A stretch of 58,842 nt of DNA, filler included, from Bipalium vagum (lineage: Eukaryota), in the NCBI GenBank assembly GCA_037834085.1. It is 3 parts of 3 records of this genome, joined end to end, with 100 filler letters (N's around TTAATTAATTAA, not from the genome) between each part and the next. Parts side by side here need not be neighbours in the genome. Positions count along the whole stretch, not along the records: positions 1 to 26,889 come from JBBMKC010119839.1; 2 more parts are not named here. One strand, given 5' to 3'. Below the pieces are notes generated by a model that was not told the DNA's origin, did not search any database, and saw only the letters and a list, made by a program, of their open reading frames with translations. The position numbers and the translations under genes were made by a program. Every line of letters starts with the position of its first letter. Position 1 is the first letter of the stretch. Below are positions 1-13,500 of the stretch, piece by piece.

Positions 1-11
1 GTAGTAGTAGT

Positions 12-77
<66 letters not shown>
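1..77. repeat. (GTA)n/(TTA)n trinucleotide microsatellite
   Basis: Direct reading of the tandem triplets. Confidence 0.95.
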
Positions 78-543
78 GATTTTCATTAATCTTTAAAATT
101 TGAGATTATATATTATTTACGTGCTTCCTACGACAATATTTTTCGTCGTGTCAGAAATTACTCCAAATTTCTAAAGGCAACAGAATCCTGTGGAAAATTG
201 CAAAAATAATATGAGACAGATTTGGACGAAATTAACATCAGACTTCATTACTTGTGGGATTTAGATGACAGAACTGATGGATTAATTTAATAATAAATTA
301 ACTCATCTTGCTTTTCATTTTCCATATTTAAGGATTAGTATTGGGTCCTTTAACATTTTTTTAATAGCTCTTGTTCCTTAGACCGGTTTGTCGTCTTAGT
401 TTTTACTCAATATAATGATTATAATAATTATTATTATATTTCTGCATGAATTTATTATTATTATCTTTCATTGCATATTTAAACAAAGCTTATTAATTAA
501 TTTATTTATTATTAATAAATTTTATTTAAAAATGTTTAATCGA

Positions 544-582
<39 letters not shown>
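544..582. repeat. (ATT)n microsatellite
   Basis: Direct reading; explains the poly-Ile of ORF 415..603. Confidence 0.95.
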
Positions 583-584
<2 letters not shown>

Positions 585-1129
585 ATATTTGTTATTATTA
601 TAAACTATAATGGAAAGGGGGAAAATATTAGGAAAATTCATTTAAAAAAAAACAATACTGAATTTTCCAAAGACAAATAGTGATAAAAAATAATATATTA
701 TGACTGAGCAGTGGGACTTGGGATATTGGTAAGCCTACTTATAAAGCTGTGATGGCTTGAACAACTCGGAAAGAACGATATTGATTACCTTACAGACCTA
801 ACAGACCGGACAATCAATACCAGTCGAAGACAGATATCGAGCTGTTATATTTTTTTATTTTGAAAAATAAACAGATTTCAAAAAGTCTTTTGTATATATT
901 TTATATTTAGACAAAAAATTTGGTGTTTTAACTGCTTTAAAATTTTCAAGGCTTCCTATAGAAAATTGACAAATGAATATAAGTACTTCATAATTGTGGT
1001 AAATATAACACTTAACATGACCACTTTTTGTGAACGAAATAAAATTCTAATTATTCTCTATAATGAATCCTACTTTTAAATGAGCGCGTACAAAATGCCG
1101 CCACATAATTCTCTGTTTAAATAAGTTAA

Positions 1130-1650
1130 ACTACGCCGATATTTAAAATTTCTTAAATTCTTTACAAGAATTAATAAATATCGGTTTAAAAAAATTATGG
1201 TCAACCAATGCACAATAAACATGTTGTCTAAAAGTAAGCACCCAATTTTGGAGCTCAGTGAAATATAGGTATATCATAATGAAATGTATTCCATTCACAT
1301 TTTTCTAAAAAAAAATAGAGTTTCCGAAATCTATGGGAATTTTAATTGTTTTAATAAGTGAATTTTATCGATTTTAGTTGCGGTAAATTCAAAATTTAAT
1401 AATGTTCTCCATTGAAAAATGAAAATTGTTTAACTTGTAATTAAAATGGAATCAGTTGGCATTTTAAACACAGTGTGGAATGAGATATGTACATCGAGGA
1501 CAATGAGGAAGATATTTACAAAATTTGAAGGGAATGGGAGTGCTTGTGATCTTTAGAAATCTGAAATATCATCAGTTGAAGATAAAAAAAATATGCAAAA
1601 TAAAACAGATTTATGAAGAAACACTTTGGACATCTGAAAGCATGTGTATT
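1130..1650 (+). mobile_element. 5' remnant of an IS630-Tc1-mariner DNA transposon (HTH region), copy 1
   Basis: Aligns by eye with 10070-10570 (e.g. ccaattttggagctcag vs ccgattttagagctcag; gtgatctttagaaatct vs atgatctttggaaatct). Decayed translation KFEGNGSACDL*KS...YEE resembles the Tc1-type KF.ETGSV.D..RSGRP HTH linker. Confidence 0.6.
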
Positions 1651-1689
1651 TTAAAGAAAATCAAGAGATATTCAAGGCCTAAAAGATAT

Positions 1690-1890
1690 TATATAAATGT
1701 TCAGCGTCTTCTTTGATCTGTGACGTTTAGCATTATCTTGGTGGAACAGAGCCCTTTTTAGACGAACCAGTATGAGATATTTTTGTTGAAGCTTTTCGAA
1801 GACTCGGATTAGTTGTCCACAGTATAGTTCGGAGTTAATGGCACTACCATCGGGAATAAGTTCGAAATAAAGCACACCTTTAAAAGAGAT
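1690..1890 (-). pseudogene. mariner (DD34D) transposase catalytic-domain fragment
   Basis: KGVLYFELIPDGSAINSELYCGQL...LFHQDNAKRH matches the mariner GV.YYELL..G.TINS..YC.QL...HDNARPH motif. Confidence 0.9.
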
Positions 1891-2699
1891 TTGAAAAAAA
1901 AGAAATGTAAAAAAAATTTTTTTCATTACAATTTTCTTACGATTTTTAATTTTTTATATTTTTTTAAAATAATAATCCATTAATTAATAAAGTATAACTA
2001 ATAATACATAATATATTATTTAAATTCAATATGATGTACTTAATAATGACATTAATTTATGATGTCCCGTGGCTATTTGATATTGCAGCTGTTAATGCTC
2101 TTTAATATTAATAATAAATTAATTTATGGTAAAATCTTTTTATTGAGGGAATCTGGTAGAACAGAATATTAAATATTAAATAATGTTCAAGCGTAACCAG
2201 ATGCAAGACCAAAACCATTTTTTGATACGGTTCTAAAAATAATAATATAAATAATAAATAATATATTATATGTTATATCAGACAGTTATACCAATGTGTT
2301 TTTTCATGACACTGTGATAATGCTTTCGAGAAGAGCTTTGTGTCGACACTGTCCTTGTCAATCTGGTCCCGATATTTCAATATTTGTCCTCATAAAATGT
2401 ACTGATGAAGAGAATTTAATAGTACGGCCATTTTAAGAATCTTAAACATGTGTGACATTCATGAAGATTTTATTATATCAGGAGATTCTGAAAGTCCTGT
2501 GGATTTTTTGATGAATTCTTTTTATAAAATTTAAATATTCGTTTGTTTAAATAAATTAATAAAATAAAAAATGCAGTGGTTGAAATAAACGAAAAGTATT
2601 TTTAAATAGAAAAAATTATTGATCAGTGATCTTTTGATATTAAGAGATGAACCTATTGAAAAACAATTTTCGAAACTTATTTATAATAATAATTATTTT

Positions 2700-3025
2700 A
2701 TTTTAAAAAGGGTAAAATTATTGAAGTTCGTGAAGTCCACGAACAAGGTTTTTGTCAACAGAGATGGTTCGATTTCAGAGATTCAAAGACCAGAATTTCA
2801 ACCTGAAAAAAATGCTCGTTCTGGACAACCCGTTGGTTGTAATGATGATATCTTCTCAAACTCCAAATACCATACACGATCTTATACAAAACTGAAATCA
2901 ATCAGCCACTGCGATGTTTTGGCTCTTCATAACTTAACAGAAAACACTCGAATTGCTTGACTATCAGCCTGAGATTCTCAATTGAAAAGAAATGAGTACC
3001 TTATTTTTTAAAGAAGATTATAACA
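2700..3025 (+). pseudogene. decayed mariner transposase N-terminal half
   Basis: RWFDFR...ARSGQP; DVLALHNLTENTRIA*LSA*DSQLKRNE resembles DVWVPHELT....R...C.SLLKRNE; frameshifts and stops. Confidence 0.75.
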
Positions 3026-3026
3026 C

Positions 3027-3530
3027 TATTTGTCCATCATTACGTAGCGTTTTTGATGTAACATTCTACAACCTGTATCTTATTGGTTAATATATTTAGT
3101 CATTATAGAAAATACAGGCAGTCAATAGTAAATATGTTTGAAAATAATCTATAAATATTTAATTTAGACTTATAAAATGGATTATCCCGGTTGGAAAATG
3201 ACATGTTTTTTTCTTTGCCTATCATCAAGACCAAAATGTTGCCGAAGCCACTCGGGAGATTTGCATGGTGTACGGAGATAATGCAATTGCTGAATTCACT
3301 GCTTGGAAATGGTATTCAAAATTCAAAAATGGACAAGTTGATATTGGAAATTTGGACTGGATTGGTTGTCATTTGGATTTCGATGAGGAGAGTCTTAAGG
3401 CAATTTTAGAGGAGGATGGCTGTCAAACATGCCGAGAAATAGCTGAAAATATGAACTGGGACATCGTAACAATATCCTGTCATCTTAAATTTTTTGTGTT
3501 TCATCCAAAAAATTGGTTTTGTGGGTGCAA
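3027..3530 (+). mobile_element. 5'-half mariner element (transposase HTH region)
   Basis: VYGDNAIAEFTAWKWYSKFKNG...DFDEESLKAILEEDGCQTCREIAE...ISCHLK; truncated near the WVPHEL position. Confidence 0.85.
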
Positions 3531-4159
3531 TATACAAACGTTCAATTGTAGCAATCCAAGTTCTGACATGATATATTCATTGATAAAGAGACAAACAAGA
3601 ATACAACATGATTCCCTCGAAATATCACGAAATCAGATTTTATGTATTACATTTATCAGTAAGCGAAATATAATAGAGAAAAGATTAATGAATTTAGAAG
3701 GCAGAAACCTACAATAAATGTGAAAATGATCTAATATTACAATATATAAAACTTTGAAATGTTCACAAAAGAAATTCTCAATGATGGTGCAAAAGTTTCC
3801 CACCGAAATTCAACAAGTACAAAAATTATTTTCCACACAAATTCATATAACACAGCCCTCTTATTGTTTTCGAATGTGTCAAAGATATTCATAGAAGCTT
3901 TCTTAAAGTTCATCGATTTTATTTCTACCTCAAATTAGACTTTTCAAACAAATATAATTATCAAACCAAGATATTTTTAATTCTTTTTTCAATTTATTGA
4001 CATAATTATCAATTGTAATTTACTTATTGATTTAAATAAAATCCTATATTATTATTATGTTGGATTTTTTTCAGTTGATAAAATGTTTAAACATTTTTTG
4101 AACTTTTCATCCTCTGTTCATCGTTTTAATTATTATTGGTATCATTTTTAATTTAAATA

Positions 4160-5377
4160 TTAGGTGTACAAAACAAAGACATTTATTAAAAATTTTATTT
4201 TAAAACATTTATTGAAAATATGTTCCATTGGAAGCTACAACATTTGCCCACCTTTCAGGTAACGAATGAATTCCATAAAAGAAAAACTCTAGTTTTTTTG
4301 ATGAAATCCAACTGTTAATCCAATTTTGGAGGTCTTCAAGGGAACTGAACAGCTCTCCAGAAAGTGCTAATTGCAAAGAGCGGAACAAATTGTAAGCCGA
4401 AGGAGCGATATCTGGTGAATAGGGTGAGTGAGGTAATACTTCCTATTTTGTACCTTCTAAGTAATTATTTACAACTGAATTTACGTGTGGTCTTGCGTTA
4501 TCATGTTGTAAAATTCTCTTTTGGTGTCTAGTCACTCATTCTCGTCGTTTTTCTTTCAAATCTTGCTTCAAACGAATTAATTGTGATCGATAAAGTTTAC
4601 CAGTTAGTGTTTGAGAAGATTTTAAAAATTCTTAATAGATCACTCCTTTTTGATCCCACCAGATAAACAACAAAACTTTCTAACCGTGGACATTTTGTTT
4701 CGGTGTTTATGGTCCCGGTTCACCTGGCATCACTCAAGCTGCTTTGCGTTTTGCATTGTCGATGCGAAAAACTTTTCCTTTTTGTCTCTGAAGAAGGACA
4801 TCACAAATTGTTTTTCGCCGTTCAATGCATCTTTCTGTTAATTCATGTGGAATTCAAATTCCTAATTTTCGAATATTTCCTAAAGCTGCCAGACGTTTTG
4901 AAATGCATTATTGAGTCGCATTTAATGCGACAGCCAAATCAGATTATGTTTGGCATGGATCTTCGTCAAACAGCCTTCTCAAATCTCCATCTTCACTTTT
5001 TTTTGGCTTCCCATGCTCCTTGTCGTTCGTATCATATTGGCCATTTCTAAAACAGCAAAACCAATCTTTACATGTGGTCATCGAAGGAGCATGTTCTCCA
5101 TAAGTATCTTGAAGCAAGCGGTACGTTTCTGCTGTAGTTTTCTTGGCAATAAAGTAATGTAGAATTACTTCCCGTAAATGTCGTTTATTTGGGATGAATA
5201 TTGACATTTTGAATCGCTATAATATTTCAATAAGGAATATTAAAACAGCTGTCTCGTGATATTATTAATTATTTGATATTTTTGTTTATAAATCAATTCA
5301 GTATAATTTAGATAAATGAAAACAAAACTTTTTATTATCACTTTTAAAAAAAGCCGGAGTCATAGTTGTACACCTAA
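4160..5377 (-). mobile_element. near full-length Mos1/mauritiana-like mariner element, inactive
   Basis: Terminal inverted repeats TTAGGTGTACAA (4160) and TTGTACACCTAA (5377), each flanked by TA; 1218 bp; contains a transposase pseudogene. Confidence 0.92.
4209..5207 (-). pseudogene. mariner Mos1-like transposase pseudogene
   Basis: MSIFIPNKRHLREVILHYF...DKEHGKPKK...DEDPCQT through QHDNARPH and PYSPDIAPSAYNLF to NGTYFQ*. It has stops and frameshifts, and the third catalytic Asp reads Ala. Confidence 0.9.
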
Positions 5378-5419
5378 TAAACATATTAATGAATTTATTT
5401 GAATTCAATATTATAGTAA

Positions 5420-5625
5420 AATGAATACAGAAAAATACAATAGATTTGATTCTTCATTAATGATAAAGAGGATTTACTATTGGTACCAAAAAACTGACTA
5501 CTTTTGATATTAAAGGTGACGTTGCCTATAGCACAGTTTCAGATTGGTTCAAAAAGTTTAAAAACGGATATACTATTCTCGAAGATAAGCTCAGCCAAGG
5601 AAGAAGTTGTGTAATAAATGAAGGA
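5420..5625 (+). pseudogene. short mariner transposase N-terminal fragment
   Basis: AYSTVSDWFKKFKNGYTILEDKLSQGR matches the TV..WF..F..G...LED..R.GRP motif. Confidence 0.7.
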
Positions 5626-6675
5626 ATTTATTTATAATTTAGAATAAAGACATGTTAATTTATTGAATTTGTGAAAACTGTTAAAGTATTATTATTAATT
5701 TAATAAATAAAATCTTAACTGTCTCAATTTATTGAAAAGGTGGCAAAAAGAGTAAATATTAAAATATCAAAATTATTTTATACCTTAATTTATTAATAGA
5801 TTGCTTAAACGTTTATAAGTAAAAGTGATGGTTATAAAGACGTTACAACTAAATTTTAAAAATATAAATAATTATCTAATTAACAAAATATTAAATAAAA
5901 TTAAAGAATATATTAAAAAAAATTATTTAATTCAGAAATTAAAATAATATTGTAATTAAATTAAAATGTTAAAATTAAAACCTAAAATTTTATATCATAT
6001 ACATTTTTTAAGATTATAGGTTGTGAAATTAAGCAAAATATGTAGAAGTCTACAGGAATACTTTGTCAGTTTAGAATAGTCACACGGTTTTTAATTATCA
6101 CTTATAATTATTTTAATTAATTTAAAATGCAAAATAAAACTTTCTCTTAAAATTAAATTAGAAAATTATTATCTATGTGTTCTACGAGTTATCTCTTTCT
6201 AGGATGCTTAAAAAAGTCAATGAAACGATATTAAAAATACTAAACATTTTTGTCCTATAATTTATTTAGATTCAACAAATAGAAACAGAGTCTTAATAAA
6301 AATATAGTTATTATATTATAATTGTAAATTATAAAATTATAAATTATTATTATTATTATATTATAAATATACAATAAATTGACAGATGAAGAAGACGATT
6401 AATTAATCAAATAAAATTAAGAAAATTAATTTGATCTTGATCCTAGAAGAGTTTATGCTAAACATTAATCAATTTATTTATCAATTTAATAATCAATAAT
6501 TTTTATTTATTTTATATTTATAAATGAGATTAGGAAAAATTACCTTAAACTTATTCTCTCCTCATTACTATTATGATTAAAATAGTTATCGATTTAAAGT
6601 AATCAATAAAAATATAAAAATATCTTAATTTAATCGATAAATATGTATCCCAAATGATCAATAAAACGAAAACAG

Positions 6676-7120
6676 TCAACTAACGTTATCAGCTGCTTTG
6701 AATTGACGATTTTCCCTTAAAGCATCGATTATATTGTTGAAAACATCATACGAGGGTTTGGAAGACTTAATGTCTTGAAAGAAAGCGGAATTGAAAAAAA
6801 ACTTCAAGTGAATCTGATTGTCCAATGTTATCAGCTCATATTTGGTATTGCTTATTTCAATGGTTGAAAAATCATGACCAACCCCTGACGATTGTCTTTT
6901 GTTTGGACTAATAATGGAGAATTTTTTCACTTCATTCATTTCAATATCGAATTTATTGATTTTCTTAAATAAGACATCATTCCCAATTCGCTCTCATGTC
7001 AATTATCTTACATCGCTACGTGTACTTTTTGAGACCCTTTTAAAACCGATGCCACTCTCTGTCTTTTCTAAGAGAAAATCTTTCCAATTTTTTGAGCTAA
7101 GCTGAAATATTTTTTCATTG
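6676..7120 (-). pseudogene. decayed ORF of unknown family
   Basis: A single frame of about 148 codons with two internal stops (YNEKIFQLSSKNWKDF...FKAADNVS*); no recognisable domain. Confidence 0.4.
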
Positions 7121-8107
7121 TATAATAAAGAAAAAAGTCTGGTAAATATTTCATTAGATTATCTGATATTAACTAAAGTGATTTATGGTTTCTTAAAATC
7201 AATGAAACTTCTTTTATGAAATATTATTTAAAAATATAATATTATTAAGTAATTTGATGAGTTATTCGAGGAGTTCACTTTTGACAAAAGAGACCACTAT
7301 TAACAATTAACTCCATTTATAATTTTTTGCTTTTAACCAATTATCAAAACCTATATCTTATAAATAAATACCATTTTAATTGGTGATAGAAAAAATAATA
7401 TAAAAATAAAATAAAATAAATAATAATTATGAAAAGATAAAAAATAATATCATAAAATAAATAATAAAATTTCAAACACAAAAAATTAATTAATTAATTA
7501 ATTAATTAATAAATAATAAATTTAAGAGGTATTGAATTTAAAAAATAATTTTAAAATAATAAAAATTTCATTCTTAAAAAAATTGAAAGATTTTCTGAAA
7601 TTTATGGAATAAATATTTTGAATAAAGATGTACAAAATAAAAAATTTAAATGTATATGTTTGGAAATCTTTCAATTTTTTCTGATAAATATATTTTCTAA
7701 ATTGGTGAAAATATTGATTAAATTTCATATCATTATTGCAGAATCTGTGAATTATATAAAAAATATTCAGGTGCCTTTGGTTTCGTCAAATATCATTTTT
7801 TTGACAGAAAAGAATGTTTTAATAAAACTTGTCCAATGTTAAAATGTAATAAATTATTAAAATTGTTTTAAGCTGATTTCTAAGACAAGTGTAGTTAGAA
7901 AAAATGGCATTAAAAATACATTCCGAAAATCAAGAGACACATTTATGATAAAAAGGCTTTCGACATATACCATTTAAAGCTCAATTTTAGATTTTTTTAA
8001 TAAAAATTGAGTAAAAAATTAAAATATAATTAAAATTAAATTATAAACTGGTTTAAATAATATTATTATAATACAATGAAAATGGATATTGAAATAATAA
8101 AAAAATA

Positions 8108-8275
8108 ATGAAAATCTGGAAAGAAAAAACTCTAGAATCAAGATTGAGAAACGGCATACCCCAATCAATATGTACATATGTCAATCATACGATCTTAAAG
8201 ATGTTGCAAGATTACTGGATATAAAGTATTCGACTGCTTTCAGAATAATTGATAAGTATAGGAAGTCGTCAAAGA
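8108..8275 (+). pseudogene. Tc1/IS630-like transposase N-terminal HTH fragment
   Basis: YDLKDVARLLDIKYSTAFRIIDKYRKS has the typical .A..L.I..ST...I...Y HTH signature. Confidence 0.55.
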
Positions 8276-10069
8276 CATATATTATAGATCAACTGTACCT
8301 TAGACCTGTTAAAATTGTTGGTTACGAAGAACTTTATATTTTACAAGTTTTAATTGATATACACACAAATCACATGTACATAGTGTCCGACCGTTTCCCG
8401 CATCCTTTGCTGGGCTCATTTTCTATTTCTCAACAGATTTAAGAATGTAATCCAGAAATAACGACTGATTTTTAAAATGAAAAGAAAATTGGACCAGTCT
8501 TGTCAATGCACATGGTATCTACTTGATAATTTTTCAGAGTTTTCCCGTATCATGCAAATGGTTGCGATTCATTTCATCGCTTACATTAAATATGTCATTC
8601 ATGTTTTGGCATGTCGACCTAAAATCAGCTTCAAGTATCTACCGTCAATAACCTCTACTTGTTGTGTATCTTTAAATGATTTCAAACCATTATTATATTT
8701 TTATTTCCTTTAGCACACCATCTCCAAAGATAAGATATGTCCTACGAAATGTTTGCGAAATCTTGGATTCGATCTTAGACCACACAGTAAGCATATCCCA
8801 ATGTCGCTTAAATTGACAGACATTTTGAATGAAAAGAATTCAATAAAATTGATTTTTACCGATAGATTTAATCTAATTTGCAAAAAAGATAATTACTATA
8901 TTCAATATAAATTTTCACAACAAAATGTTTGTATAAGCCCATTTATTCATTGTTAACAATTGTATATACAAAAACGACACGAACTTTCTTGATAATCAGT
9001 TGTCATGAATACATTCTAAATATCAAATGAAAATTTATATAAATATAATGCTAATGAATATACGTGAAGAGAGTGAAATAAAATTAAATAGTGTAAAATG
9101 ATTCTATTTTAATGCAAATAAGTATATAGTATAGGTCAATATTTTATAAAATCGGTTACAGGATAGTCCGAAAATAAGACCTCCCAAAAATAAAATCATG
9201 GTTTTACAACCCCCTGATCTTTTATCGTATGATGGAAGTGTTCTACTCCCACCGGATAATACTAAACTGTTATTAATATCATTTTGGATGTGAGCCAGGT
9301 TTTGAGTAAGAATTTAAAATGCAACCCTTATTTATCCACTAATTCATAAAAGATCTATTTTTCGACACAGAAAATAATTTGAGGCAAAATGGGTCAATTA
9401 GCATTGAACATATACATGAAGCATACTTTTTTTCAAAAATCACTTCGTAATTTATATTTTTTTCATTTCTCCAATCTTTGGTAGACGTTGAAAAATTGTT
9501 GAAACGGAAATTTTAGTTTGTGGGTTTGATTTTCAAAATGCTTTTAATTCATCGTGCTTCATTAAAATGTTGAAGTTACGAACCTCCTTGTTACTGATGT
9601 CAGAATTATCTTGACTAAATCTTACAAATACCACCAATGCAGAGTTGACTCGTATGTACCTTTCTAAGTTTCAAAATATTTACACTTATGGTTTTCTTCT
9701 GCTGCAGTAAGTTGTTTGCATTTGATGGTTTTTAAACATTTTAAGAATGATAAGAAAAATTTTTAAATTTGAAGAAGTAAAAAGTCCTAAAATGATATTA
9801 ATTTTTATAATCTAAGTATCACCACTTATATTTCATAGAAGAAAATTTGTATCAATATACATTTAAATCGCTAATTAATTTCCGAAAAACCCAATCACAT
9901 AATTAGTAAATATTACAATATATCAATATTTTTATAATTATTTGATTGTGGGTTAATAATTAAAAATTAAATACAACCCATTTTGATAATATAAAAAATT
10001 ACAAACCTTTTCCTTAAATTGTATTATTTTCAGCTTTATGGGAATATTTTCAGAAACTGGTTGTTGCTT

Positions 10070-10570
10070 GTCCAACTAAAGTTTTGATACAAAATTATTT
10101 TAATGAATCAACTCGAAAATTTTGTTTTAAAAATAGAATTACAATCATCCGATTTTAGAGCTCAGAAAAATTTTATTTATGTATATTATAATTAAATATA
10201 TTTAATTTACATTTTCTTGAGAAACAGAATTTTTGAAATTTAATGCAAGTGTTAAATTGTTTAAATAAGTTGATTTTATCGGATTTAATTTCAGTAAAAT
10301 CAAATTTTATTAATTTTCTGCATTGAAGAAAAGTGCAAATTGTTTTACTGATAGCTAAAATAAAATCAGTCCCATTAGTGACACGGCACTTAGAACACTT
10401 GAAATGGAAAAATATCTAGAGCGAGCACAATGCGAATTTCAAAGAGACTGGAAGTGTTTATGATCTTTGGAAATCTTTCAGACCATCAATTAAAAAATTA
10501 AAATATAAATGCAAAGAAAATGCGGTTTATGAAGAATAACCTGAGACATCGGAAGATACAAATATAACGA
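10070..10570 (+). mobile_element. 5' remnant of an IS630-Tc1-mariner DNA transposon, copy 2
   Basis: Collinear homology with 1130-1650; FKETGSVYDLWKS.RP...FMKNNLRH-like decayed translation. Confidence 0.6.
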
Positions 10571-13500
10571 GGAAAGCTAAAAGAAATCATAAATAATTGT
10601 TATTTTGTTTCATAATATGCATAATTTCTTTTTTTCGTTCCTTACAACTAACAGTGTGATCCAGTACTTTGATTGTTCTACTTTTTTGATAATACTCATT
10701 AATTGAAGTTTTGAGATAATGTTCCTCACCTTCATATAAATAACCACAGATATATTTTATTTATTATTAATATTTATAAAATAAAACTTCAAAATAGTTT
10801 GAAATAATAACGATTATTGTAAATTGGTACCTAACGATTTTCCATTTAATTAATTTTCTTAATTAAATATTACTAAAAAATTTTATTTGAATTAAAGAGT
10901 TATATTTAAAATTATTGTTTAATTTGATAAATTATTGATATTGTACCGCTTTATTTTATCACTTTTTTATTTACAATCATTTAGTTAAATATTAACATTT
11001 TAAAAATTTTGCTGCTGCTGAAGTGTACCAAAGTTAACAAAAAATTCTGTATTTTAATTTAATGTTAAAATAACTTAGAAAATTTAATTTTATGCACAAT
11101 AATTGAAAAAAAATTTTGAGAACTTTATTTCTTGGTAGACATGAAAAATTAACTGAATAAATTTTTTCTGTCAAAAACTTCTTTTTTCGAAAAAACAGAT
11201 GGATGAATTTGTGCAAAAAACTAATAAAATTGATTTTTCACATTTATTGAATTATAATTGTAAAAATCATTTTCACTTTTCATATTCTTATTTTAAGCTT
11301 CAAATCCATAAAATAATTAAAGTTAATAACAGATTTAATTTTTAGCAATTAAAAATAATCTGTCGGAAATCAGTAAAAACAAAAACTTTTTTTATTGGCA
11401 ATATCTTTTGATAATCACTAAATAGTGTTATGACAATAGTTAATACCAATTGGTTTATATTTTTCTTTTTTTATTGATCATGTCAGAGTAAAAAGGACAT
11501 AAAAGAAATTAAAATCTCTTCATAATGAAAAATCACCTTTTTAATGGTGTAGGTGAATTTAAAAGAAAATTTATTAATATTTCAAATGTATCCGTTTTGA
11601 TAAACATTACAATTTTATCTTCTAAAGCCATAAAATTCTTTAAGTCAGAAGTTATTTAAACCACACATTTAAAGTAGTTTTAAAAAATAAATAATTCCTT
11701 CCAATAACAAGTTTAAAAAAAAATCATCAAACATCAAACAGAAAAAATCAGCTAAAACAATCAATAAAAAATTCCTATTATATATTATAGATAAATTAAC
11801 AATAAAGTAAATTACACTTTAGTTTCAAATCAATGTTTTATGACTAGAGCGGTTCCAGTTTTTGTTTAAATACTAAAAATTTAAACAAAATTCAAAAATG
11901 TGGTATTTTAACCGAGTTTCAACCGTTAGTTTCTTTGATTTCAAACTTATTATTGATTATTTATTAAAAACAGAAAAATAAAATTTTAAAACGATAATAA
12001 AAATTTAATATCCCTATTTTAAATAATTTTTATTAATAGATGATAAGTATATTATCTGTGATTCAATAAATTTTAAGCCAGGGGGACATTTTAATGGCAC
12101 TAACATGTGCCGAACACCTGTCACATTGAACTTTCAATCACATTGGAAATAGAAATTCAGGGAAATGGTTATCAAAAATTTTTTTCGTTCATCATGCTTT
12201 TGTTTTTAGCTAAGACACATGCAAAAAATTACCTTGGCTGGAAATAAAATCCTGAAAAAATAATATCACCATAAATAAAAAAGTAGAAGAAACAATAGAA
12301 AAAAATATATTAAAGTAGAAAATTGTTGAAAGAAATTTTTTCTTTCTCATATTTTTTTTTCCAGAAAATTTATTGGAAAATAATTTTTTTAATATTTAAT
12401 TATATTTACCAAAACAGTAAAACAAATTTTCACTGCACAAATTTAAAATAAACGTAACATAAGTTTAAAGATAAACATTCTTAAAATTGTACCGGACATC
12501 ATATTTCATGAGATCATTAAAATATAACTTTTATGATCCATAAATATAAATAAATAACTCCTTCAGATCGTATAAAACATTATGTTGCAAATCGATTCAT
12601 TAAATATGTGATTGATTTATTTCTTATTTCATGTTTTTCTGAAACCACATTTGAAACGCATCGATTCTCCAATACTGCATCAGCTCCGCCTTTTATAAGG
12701 CTTTTTTAAATTGTGAAAAAAATACCAGAAAATGATTTTACAATAAATTTTATTTTTTTTTAATTTCTTATAAACATTTATATAAAATTCTTCAATCGAT
12801 TATACATATTATTTAAGTAAAAATTTTTTTTGACATTATATAAATAACAAAACATAAATCACAAATGCCTTGTTTATATAATATTAACTTTTATGATAAA
12901 TGTTTTTTTAAATTTGCACCATTATGATTAATTCAATTATTACGATAATCAATAATGCTAATAAGAAAGACAAGTATCAAATCGATGGTATACGAGCCCG
13001 TCAAATGTTTCAAGGAAGTAGGATGATATGTGTGAAGTAAATTCTGTACAATACCATCCTGGACAGAACCTAAACATCAGTCACCAGGTTTATTAAGATG
13101 AATTCTCCAAGATCGATGTAAAATGGCTGATGAGATATTCATTTCAGAATTCAACATGCGCAATACTCTCAGAAATAAATTGAAATTTAAGTCTGAACTC
13201 CCCAAGGCAAATAGGTATTTGAAGAAAATTGAAACAAAAGAACCCATTGTGTTGTAGTTTACTGCTGGCACGCGATGGCCAATAACTTCAGAAAATAATT
13301 TTTCAGATGTTTTTTTCACAAAATTTTTTTATATTATTACTCTTATAATGTCTCCACAGGAAACAAAACGAGAGCATTATTTTCAAAGAAAACTAAACCT
13401 CTATTCGTCAATAATGGCAAAAGAATAAATAACAAAGTTTTTGCATAATAATAGGACTTATAAAACGTTTGCAGATCAATAGTGAGTGCATGAAACAAAC

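Noticed and set aside
415-603. Poly-Ile ORF (and the poly-Leu tail of ORF 45048..45296)
   Set aside because: By-products of ATT/TTA microsatellites.
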